Positions 1 through 6,984 of a stretch of 6,984 nucleotides of DNA are shown here, one piece after another. Made by a program: the position numbers and the translations under genes. The notes under the pieces are model-generated. The model saw only the letters and a list, made by a program, of their open reading frames with translations. It did no database searches and had not been told where the DNA came from. Within the stretch, counting starts at the first letter, position 1; each line of letters opens with the position of its first letter. The DNA comes from Octopus sinensis (Eukaryota), in assembly GCF_006345805.1 (NCBI RefSeq), contig NW_021829111.1, positions 1 to 6,984 of the forward strand. Reading direction: 5' to 3'.

Positions 1-87
1 TTGAATAACTTATATCAATACATAATTGATATAACAGGTAGGTCAAAAACCTTCTTCAACCGTAGCAATATAATATATAATATATTC

Positions 88-154
88 TATATATATATAT
101 ATATATATGTGTGTTGTGTTTGTGGTGTGTGTGTGTGTGTGCGCGTATGTATGT
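88..154. repeat. Compound (TA)n(TG)n microsatellite
   Basis: Read directly from the sequence. Confidence 0.95.
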
Positions 155-246
155 AATAACGCTCACATATACATAGACACACAGACTTTCATGTGATAGC
201 CGAATCTAAAACGTTAGCATGTTTCGTCAGCAAACGTCTGTGAAAC

Positions 247-314
247 GACGTAACGACATAACGATGTTCGTAAGATACGCTTCTGAGAAATAACCGTGTT
301 GTGGTTGTTACGTC
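247..314. repeat. Imperfect inverted repeat (hairpin) in a CpG-dense patch
   Basis: GACGTAAC (247-254) pairs perfectly with GTTACGTC (307-314). The arms extend to about 22 nt with G-U wobbles and bulges. Confidence 0.55.
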
Positions 315-561
315 ACAATTCGACATACGTTCAATTAATTACAACACTAAATGCCTTTGACTGAAGACTGGGTTTGGAAACGAGAGCAGATGTGCAATAT
401 ATGTGCACTAGATATGCAGAATGAAGGGAAAATGTAAAGATAAAAAAGTATCACATAAATATGTAAGTGTAGCGGTAATGAGGTGTCTACGTGCAAGCAA
501 CAGGTGCGTAATGCGGCCTTGTTTGTGTGTTGGAGGTTTTCGTTTTTTTTGCTATGTAAGC

Positions 562-596
562 ATGTGTATGTATAGATGGTCATATTTGTGAGTGTG

Positions 597-628
<32 letters not shown>

Positions 629-647
629 ATAATATAATATATAAAGT

Positions 648-681
<34 letters not shown>

Positions 682-758
682 GTGTGTGTGTGTGTATTAT
701 ATATATATGTATATGTATATATATGTATATATGCAATGCATGTATGTATGTATGTATA
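562..758. repeat. Compound (TA)n/(TG)n/(TATG)n microsatellite
   Basis: Read directly; boundaries approximate. Confidence 0.95.
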
Positions 759-819
759 GTGATTCATGTTTTTTATAAGTTTATACACAAATATCTACTT
801 AAATATAAACAGTTAGATG

Positions 820-1001
820 CATATATATATATGTGTGTGTGTGTGTATTAAATATTTATGTATATGAATATATTTATATATATATGTGTGTATATATATA
901 TATATATTATATGTGTATGTATTTATATATATATGTATATTTATATGAACGTATATATATATATACATATATATATTTGCATATATGTATATGTATATAT
1001 A

Positions 1002-1043
<42 letters not shown>

Positions 1044-1051
1044 CACACACA
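820..1051. repeat. Interrupted (TA)n microsatellite with (TG)n and (CA)n inserts
   Basis: Read directly; boundaries approximate. Confidence 0.95.
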
Positions 1052-1070
1052 TTTTTTACAAGTTATATAT

Positions 1071-1224
1071 AGGTGTGATTTGGATAAAACATCGGGTGCC
1101 AGCTACATGGTTCCGGGTTCAATCCCACTGCATAGCACCTTGCGTTTAGCCCCTGTTAATATTGTCTTAGACCGACTAAAGCCTGTAAGTTGATTTGATA
1201 AACGGAAACTGAAAGAATCCCGTC
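1071..1224 (+). mobile_element. Degenerate tRNA-derived SINE (octopus-type), 5' part, followed by a TG-rich microsatellite
   Basis: Pol III B-box GGTTCAATCCC at 1116-1126 within CATGGTTCCGGGTTCAATCCCACTGC. The downstream ACCGACTAAAGCCTGTAAGTTGATTTGATAAACGGAAACTGAAAGAATCCCGTC resembles a very common octopus SINE body (recognised from memory, not searched). The A-box is decayed. Confidence 0.8.
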
Positions 1225-1240
1225 TTCTATATGTATATCA

Positions 1241-1386
1241 ATGAGTGCGTTTGTGTGTGTGTGTGTGTTGTGTGTTATGTGTTGTGTATGTATGTATGAG
1301 TATGTGTGTATGTGCGTGTATTCATACAGGCGTATTTATTATGTATGTATGTATGTGAGTTTCTTTGTATGTGTGAGTTTGCGTAT
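1241..1386. repeat. Degenerate (TG)n/(TATG)n microsatellite
   Basis: Read directly; immediately follows the first SINE fragment. Confidence 0.9.
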
Positions 1387-1575
1387 GCCATTGTTGTTCT
1401 TGCTGTTGTTTCGGTTGTCCTTTAGCTCTGATCATAGAACTCGTCCAGCGACACCGTTATCGAAGAACGCACCTCCCTTTATATGCTTCAGCCTTGACGA
1501 GGGCACTGCACTACATGGTTTTAACCATTCCTACAAAACCCGGTAGTAATATTAGTCTATTACTTATAGTATTGA

Positions 1576-1837
1576 GGAGGCACATGGACTAGTTCTTAGA
1601 GCAGCCGTCGAGGGATCGCGGGTTCGAATCTCGGACCGGGCGATGTGTGTGTTTATGAGCGAAACACCTAAGCTCCACGCGGCTCCGGCAGATGGTAATG
1701 GCGAACCTTTTCGCCACAACGTTCTCTCACTCTTTCGTCCTGCATCTTGCAGCTCACCTGCGACGGACTTACACACCAAGGAAATCGGAAAACCGGGCCT
1801 TATGAGCCAGGCAGGGCTCGAGAAGGATCAAACAAAC
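1576..1837 (+). mobile_element. tRNA-derived SINE (octopus OR-like head, Meta-domain-like 3' part)
   Basis: Starts GGAGGCACATGGACTAGTTCTTAGAGC (A-box-like), with B-box GGTTCGAATCT at 1621-1631. GC/CpG-rich body containing CCTGCGACGGAC...GGAAATCGGAAAACCGGGCCTTATGAGCCAGGCAGGGCTCG, ending in a short AAAC-repeat tail. Family names are from recall. Confidence 0.8.
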
Positions 1838-1841
1838 TTGG

Positions 1842-2055
1842 AAGGCGATGAGCTGGTAGAATGGTTAGCGGGTAGGGTAAAATGCCTCGACATATTTGTC
1901 AATTCTTTAGGTTCTGAGTTCAAACGTAGCCGGGGATGAATTTGCCTTTTATTCGTTCGGAGGTCGATAAAATAAGAACTTATTGGGCACTAGGGTCGAT
2001 AAATATACTTAGCCTCTCCTTTGAAATTGCTGGACTTGGGACAAAATTTGAAACC
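1842..2055 (+). mobile_element. tRNA-derived SINE with Nin/Deu-like central domain, near full length but diverged
   Basis: Head AAGGCGATGAGCTGGTAGAATGGTTAGC and B-box-like GAGTTCAAAC at 1916-1925. Central TTTGCCTTTTATTCGTTCGGAGGTCGATAAAATAAG, 3' end GAAATTGCTGGACTTGGGACAAAATTTGAAACC. The head matches the reverse complement of 6901-6924 at 20/24 positions, showing it is a dispersed repeat. Confidence 0.8.
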
Positions 2056-2083
2056 GATACTGTTAATCGATGGGTTCGGTCAT

Positions 2084-2255
2084 GCGTAACGTTAAACTTG
2101 TCGGGCAAAGAGCTTTCTCGTATATGTCCGGCCTCTCTAACCTTATTTCAAATCTCGCCGATATGAACATCGCGTTTCCAAGAAGAAAATTCAAGTTTTC
2201 GCTCACAGCAAATGAAGTGCAAAATTCTTGAGACAGACAATATGATCCATTGCAT
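2084..2255 (+). mobile_element. Highly decayed SINE-head units, left part of an interrupted tandem array
   Basis: TTCAAATCTC at 2147-2156 is identical to 2591-2600. The junction AATTCAAGTT..CAAATGAA (2188-2216) recurs at 2649-2676. Confidence 0.55.
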
Positions 2256-2549
2256 GAAGGCGCGTGGTTTAGTGGTGAGAGCATTCGGCTTACGATTGCA
2301 AGGTCGTGAGTTCAATCCCGGCGACGCGTTGTGTTCTTGAGCAAGACACTTTATTTCATGCTGCTCCAGTCCACTCAGCTGGCAAAAATGAGTTGTACCT
2401 GTGTTTCAAAAGGCCGGCTTGTCACACTCTGTACCACGCTAAATCTCCCTGAGAACTACGTGAAGGGTACACTTGTCTGTGGAGTGCTCAGCCACTTGTA
2501 TGTCAATTTCACGGGCAGGCAGCTCCGTTGATCGTATCAGCTCTTCCAT
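2256..2549 (+). mobile_element. tRNA-derived CORE-type SINE (octopus OR2-like) with target-site duplication
   Basis: A-box TGGTTTAGTGG at 2265-2275 and B-box GAGTTCAATCCC at 2308-2319. CORE-like TTGTGTTCTTGAGCAAGACACTTTATTTC...AAAAATGAGT follows. Flanked by TGATCCATTGCA (2243-2254) and TGACCCATTGCA (2550-2561), 11/12 identical. Confidence 0.88.
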
Positions 2550-2561
2550 TGACCCATTGCA

Positions 2562-2795
2562 GCACTTCTTCCAGTTCGCTCTGTTCTAAGTTCAAATCTC
2601 ATCCTGGCCAATATTTACAGCATTTTTATATCTATATCTGGAGTTGATAATTCAAGTTCCAGTTCATACAAATGAAACAGCAGAATCGTTAGAGCCTCAA
2701 GTGGATTTCCCTGCGTTATTTATTCTGTCTGTCTGCACTCGCTAAGTTCAAATAACACTGAGGGCCAACAATGCTTTTCAAATCTGGAGTGGTTG
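2562..2795 (+). mobile_element. Highly decayed SINE-head units, right part of the interrupted tandem array
   Basis: CTAAGTTCAAAT at 2586-2597 and 2742-2753, each followed by GGCCAA and ATCTGGAGT (2636-2644 and 2782-2790). A-box-region remnant GCAGAATCGTTAGAGC at 2680-2695. Confidence 0.65.
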
Positions 2796-2965
2796 CTAAG
2801 TTGATGCTTTGTAGTGCATGTTCGTTTGTCTTGGGTTCAAATTCCGCTTTGTATCAACGGTCTCTCCTTGAGGAGAAGCTAGGATATATGCGAGGCTTTA
2901 GGGACGCGGCTGACAGCAGAACACTTTTCAAAGTCTGACGGAGCAGCTCCCTAATTGGATCAACA
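2796..2965 (+). mobile_element. Old SINE relic: B-box plus a decayed 3' tail related to the 2256-2549 element
   Basis: GGGTTCAAATTCC at 2833-2845. TCTCCTTGAG (2863-2872) and GCAGCTCC (2943-2950) are colinear with TCTCCCTGAG (2444-2453) and GCAGCTCC (2519-2526), with spacings of 80 versus 75 bp. Confidence 0.45.
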
Positions 2966-3025
2966 TCAGGTCGCATAAACACCATCTCAGTATGTTAGCG
3001 TAGATAAACAACCCACAGACATATG

Positions 3026-3128
3026 CGTACACACAGACACACAAACGCACACACACACACACACACATACACACACAAACACATGCTCGCAGAGATACAT
3101 ACATACACACGAATATATGCACACATAT
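3026..3128. repeat. Degenerate (CA)n microsatellite
   Basis: Read directly. Confidence 0.9.
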
Positions 3129-3182
3129 GCCAGTGTGAATATACATATAATTGATGAAGAGGGAAGAGGAAGCATATACAAG

Positions 3183-3252
3183 TATATGTGTATGTGTAGG
3201 TGTATGTGTGTGGGTGTGTATGTGTGTGTGTGTGTGTGCGTGTGTGTGTGTC
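3183..3252. repeat. Degenerate (TG)n microsatellite
   Basis: Read directly. Confidence 0.9.
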
Positions 3253-3418
3253 TGTTAGTGTCTAAAAAAGGAAATGCAATCTGCTTGTACGAAGTCGATT
3301 TGACTTTTAGCTGTTATGAAAATATTTACGCAAAAGAAGATTAAAAGACTTATTGAATTATATAATCGGACAGACAAATGGAGGATGGAAAAGGAGTCTA
3401 CATCACAGAGAAATGCGA

Positions 3419-3443
3419 TATATATATATATATATATATATAT
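3419..3443. repeat. (TA)n microsatellite
   Basis: Read directly. Confidence 0.95.
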
Positions 3444-3568
3444 TGATAAATGGATAAGAGTGTATGTGTGCACGCATATGAAAAGCCCAGCAAGAAACGG
3501 AGCAAATGAAGATGTAGGCATATTGCGTACGTGTGAACGTGTATACTGTGTATATATTTCTATATTCC

Positions 3569-3597
3569 GTATGTATGTATGTATGTATGTATGTATG
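3569..3597. repeat. (GTAT)n tetranucleotide repeat
   Basis: About seven perfect units, read directly. Confidence 0.95.
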
Positions 3598-3642
3598 CAT
3601 TTATGCATACGTATATACTCACACACACTCAACCCCCAACAC

Positions 3643-3880
<238 letters not shown>

Positions 3881-4086
3881 GTTATACACATGGACACTAT
3901 CACACACATACGCATGCGCACAATAGGCATACATACAAACAATTATGTACGAATATTCGCGCACAAAAAAACATATTCACACATACACATGCAATATAAA
4001 TCACACCCACATTCAGAGAGAAAACCGGAATTCTTACGCAATCGCTCTCTATTCACATACAGATTTATAGTAAAGCCACACATGGG

Positions 4087-4121
4087 TATACACACACACA
4101 CGCACACACACATACACATAC
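4087..4121. repeat. (CA)n microsatellite
   Basis: Read directly. Confidence 0.9.
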
Positions 4122-4212
4122 ATGCGTACGCGCTTAGACGCAAACACATACAGAGACCTATAATCATTTATATTTACAATAATAGACGATAACGAAACCT
4201 TATGTCCGAGAC

Positions 4213-4289
4213 AGTCGCCATTTTAGAAAAAACTACAGCCACAAAGAAAAGGCGCCAATCCTTCTTCAAAATGGCGACTCTATCATTGG
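4213..4289. promoter_or_regulatory. Inverted pair of YY1-type motifs plus two CCAAT boxes (candidate regulatory element)
   Basis: AGTCGCCATTTT (4213-4224) and AAAATGGCGACT (4268-4279) form a perfect 12-bp inverted repeat with a 43-bp spacer. CCAAT lies at 4255-4259 and ATTGG at 4285-4289. Function is inferred only. Confidence 0.35.
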
Positions 4290-4779
4290 TTTTTCTCTTC
4301 ACTCCTAACATAGTGGCAGTTATATAGATTTATCTGAGGGAAGCTTCTTAACCACGGTTATGGAGACAGAGATAAGTTGATCGTGGTACAACGAATGATA
4401 GTATTAGTGAAGGAGATCGTATTAGGCAAGGTGAAGAAAAAAATTTACCAGAGAGGAAAGAATTTCTGTTTATTTGGAAAATTTTTGGTGAAATACGTCA
4501 GTAGATGATGTTGATATGTCTATTTTTGTACGTTGTTTGTGAATGTTTTTGTATTTTTCATTTGCTCATTTTTATATTTCTTTCCAATTTACATATTCAT
4601 CTAAACATCTACACATCATCTCGCTTATGTGTATGTATGTTTATGCATGCAAACGCCTTCCCCCCACCCAAACACATCTACAGTGTCCCTTGAAATAGAT
4701 AATATTCTTTTACGTTAAGATGGTGGACAGGTCAGTTTTAGCTTCCCTACTATTATAATGTAAACCTTTTTGAACTCAT

Positions 4780-5204
4780 AATATTCTGTGCGTGTATACC
4801 AATATTCCACTGAACTTTTTAATAATTCCTTCTGGAAATTATCGTGAGAATGTATCTATTTGTTGTAATCCTTTGTGCCCAATATTTCAATGAACTTGTT
4901 AAACTGTTTTATGTTCTTAACACGCTCTTTTCACCAAAGAATGTATATATATATATGTATTGTAGTACTCTGTGACAACCAATATTCTGTGCGTGTATGA
5001 ATATACAGATACAATACAAATATCCCACTGAAGTATTTAATAATTCCTTCTGGAAACTATCTTCAACATTTTCTTGAGAATGTATATTTATGTTATAATC
5101 TTTTGTGCCCAATATTTTAAGGAACTTGTTAAACTTTCGTATGTCCTTAACATGTTCTTGTCACCAAAGACTGTATATATGTAATGTAGCATTTTGTAAC
5201 AACC
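4780..5204. repeat. Two-copy tandem duplication (201 bp + 224 bp)
   Basis: Copy 1 (4780-4980) and copy 2 (4981-5204) both begin AATATTCTGTGCGTGTAT and end ACAACC. They share TTTAATAATTCCTTCTGGAAA, TTTGTGCCCAATATTT, GAACTTGTTAAACT and TCACCAAAGA. Confidence 0.95.
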
Positions 5205-5496
5205 AATAATTAACGCAACCAAACTTCCATATGTTAATTTTGACAATCTTTTTCCAAAGAGTGAAACCGATAAAGTAAATAAACATCTTTTAAAATTGCA
5301 TTTTCAAACCTTCTTTCGTATATAATTCCACTCGTTCGGTACCCTACAACTCCACTTTGATATATATATATGGTTTCGCTGCAGTAGATAGGAATGCCTT
5401 TTTTACTGTCGAGGGCTTACATGCCCCTTTATTAGACTATTTTCCTTAGTCATTGCACGGTGATCGCCACAAGTTTTAAGCTTATATAAATATAGC

Positions 5497-5527
<31 letters not shown>

Positions 5528-5578
5528 TTAATATATATATATATATATATGATTAATATATATTATATATATAATATA
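5497..5578. repeat. Interrupted (TA)n microsatellite
   Basis: Read directly. Confidence 0.95.
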
Positions 5579-5604
5579 CTTCATAATGAAGCTGCAAAGA
5601 CATT

Positions 5605-5655
5605 ACAAAAGCTGTTACTCAGAGTTTCACGCTGGCCTTCATCGGATAGTTTTGT
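5605..5655 (-). ncRNA. Minimal type-I hammerhead ribozyme-like motif (Penelope/retrozyme type), partly degenerate
   Basis: The minus strand reads ACAAAACUAU-CCGAUGA-AGGCCAGCGU-GAAA-CUCUGAG-UA-ACAGCUUUUGU. This gives stem I, a CUGANGA-like box (U4C), a weak stem II, GAAA, a near-palindromic short stem III and a GUA triplet. Confidence 0.6.
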
Positions 5656-6206
5656 TTGAGATTGGAAGGAAAATAAGGTTATATGCATAAATATACAATT
5701 AATTTGATAGATACTAATTAGAAAATGGTTTTGTTTCAGTGGTCCTTTCAATTAACGGTCTTTTCAACAACCGGTTATATTAAATTACAATTACGATTTA
5801 AAATCATGTCATTAATAAAATCTTAAATCATAAATTAGCTTTAGTAGAAGAAAAAAAGCTTGTATACCCAGGGTAGATTAGTTAATGGTAAAACAAATTT
5901 TTAAAAATTACAAAGATGTGTCCGTTTAAAATAAAAACATTTACAAAGAACTAACATCATAAAAATACATATATATTTGTAATACGTACACATACCAAAA
6001 GACCTATGTATACGTATATAAATTAAACATACAAACGTTGGTACATGACTGTATATATACACAATTAATATATATATGAATGCATGCATATTTATGTTTG
6101 TGTTAAATATTAATATACATGAATATTTCCTTAATAAGCCCCGAGAGGCAAAAGCTGGAGGGTTACCGTCAATATCTACCACATTCTCTTCCTCACTCTC
6201 CCCACT

Positions 6207-6236
6207 ACACACACACACACACACAACACACACACA
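6207..6236. repeat. (CA)n microsatellite
   Basis: Read directly. Confidence 0.9.
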
Positions 6237-6333
6237 ATATTTAAATTTACAACCATTTCTTAAATGCTTGCACCAATACATATTTGTTGTTATTTATCAC
6301 GAAGTCAAAACGGAAACTACATATGCATGCATG

Positions 6334-6387
6334 TACACACACACACACATACGCACACACACACACATTTATATATATGCATATATA
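6334..6387. repeat. (CA)n/(TA)n microsatellite
   Basis: Read directly. Confidence 0.9.
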
Positions 6388-6674
6388 CCAATATAAGTTT
6401 TGTCTGAGGAGGTTACTTTTTGCCAATAAAAGCAAATTCACCGATTGTGTTTCACTTCATTATTAATAATATTTATTACCGAGTGGCCTTGAAACTAAAT
6501 TAAAAGCAATTATCACCAATCAAATAAACTCTCTCTCTCTCAATTACCTAATCAATTGCTTGAATACTCTTTTGATCAGTCAATCAGGTATTTACTTTTT
6601 CAAAATATTTTCATACCTTTTGCTGCCCTCATCGATGCTGTGGGCCCACATTATCCTAATATTAAGTTTCTTAT

Positions 6675-6721
6675 TCGAAGACTTTGAAAACGAACCTACG
6701 TCCGAAACGTCGTGTTTCCGA
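6675..6721 (+). ncRNA. Decayed hammerhead-ribozyme-like relic
   Basis: UCGAAGAC-U-UUGAAAA-C-GAAC(CUAC)GUCC-GAAA-CGUCG-U-GUUUCCGA. The element order is correct and stems I and II are imperfect, but the CUGANGA box has two substitutions and there is no valid cleavage nucleotide. Confidence 0.35.
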
Positions 6722-6900
6722 TTCGTTGTAATCCAACTGACATTAATCTATTTATTCTTTTTTATTTACAAACATTTAACAATTAGATCTAACTGACATG
6801 GACCACTAAACTGTTCCGTGTTTTTCGGGTTTGTCTTTTGGCATTTCTAGGATTATTTGATTAAATGGAATCCGCACTTGAAAGATGTAGGATAAAATAG

Positions 6901-6924
6901 ACGATTCTGCCAGCTCACTGCCTT
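6901..6924 (-). mobile_element. Truncated 24-bp 5' head of the same SINE family as 1842-2055
   Basis: The reverse complement AAGGCAGTGAGCTGGCAGAATCGT is 20/24 identical to 1842-1865 and abuts the (AAT)n tract. No B-box follows. Confidence 0.7.
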
Positions 6925-6984
6925 AATAATAATGATGATGATGATAATAATAATAATAATAATATAATAATAATAATAATAATA
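6925..6984. repeat. (AAT)n/(GAT)n trinucleotide microsatellite running off the window end
   Basis: Read directly. Confidence 0.95.

Noticed and set aside
361-390. CTGAAGA-CTGGGTTTG-GAAA-CGAGAG hammerhead-like core
   Set aside because: Both core boxes are present, but stem II has only one pair, the conserved U before the cleavage site is C, and there is no convincing stem I. It cannot be told from chance.
552-1193. Overlapping ORFs of 78-111 aa on both strands
   Set aside because: They are YIYI/CVCV/THTH translations of dinucleotide repeats, which lack stop codons by construction.
2259-2325. Possible tRNA gene (likewise 1576-1640)
   Set aside because: A and B boxes are present, but I could not build a proper cloverleaf with an acceptor stem, and the sequence continues into a SINE body without an immediate oligo-T terminator.
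1564-2531. Normal-looking ORFs of 66-98 aa
   Set aside because: They lie within SINE sequences and are chance open frames in more GC-rich repeats.
1842-2850. CRISPR-like or integron-like array suggested by recurring GTTCAAAT motifs
   Set aside because: Repeats are short, degenerate and irregularly spaced, the intervening sequences are related to each other, and the context is eukaryotic. SINE B-boxes explain the pattern.
4271-4327. ATG in good context (AAAATGGCG) encoding hydrophobic MATLSLVFLFTPNIVAVI
   Set aside because: Stops after 18 codons with no good splice donor before the stop. The ATG is just part of the YY1-type motif.
4780-5350. Possible decayed reverse-transcriptase or transposase coding sequence on the minus strand
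   Set aside because: Manual translation of part of the region gave short frames with no RT, GIY-YIG or DDE motif. TBLASTX would be needed to exclude it fully.
5741-5772. 16-bp tandem pair GGTCCTTTCAATTAAC / GGTCTTTTCAACAACC
   Set aside because: Only 12/16 identical with two copies, so too weak to interpret.

Overview
This is AT-rich, non-coding animal DNA, about a quarter of it made of (TA)n, (TG/CA)n, (TATG)n and (AAT)n microsatellites. I see no credible protein-coding gene: most listed ORFs are Y/I/C/V/H/T-rich translations of microsatellites or read-throughs of SINEs. Positions 1070-2970 hold a dense cluster of tRNA-derived SINEs and SINE relics, all on the + strand. From memory these resemble octopus/cephalopod SINE families, so the organism is inferred, not verified. 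The cluster includes a CORE-type SINE with a 12-bp target-site duplication that appears to be nested in an older tandem array of SINE heads with a period of about 150 bp. Other notable items: a minimal type-I hammerhead-ribozyme-like motif on the - strand (5605-5655), a more decayed one on the + strand (6675-6721), a 201/224-bp tandem duplication (4780-5204), an inverted pair of YY1-type motifs with CCAAT boxes (4213-4289), and a CpG-dense hairpin (247-314).
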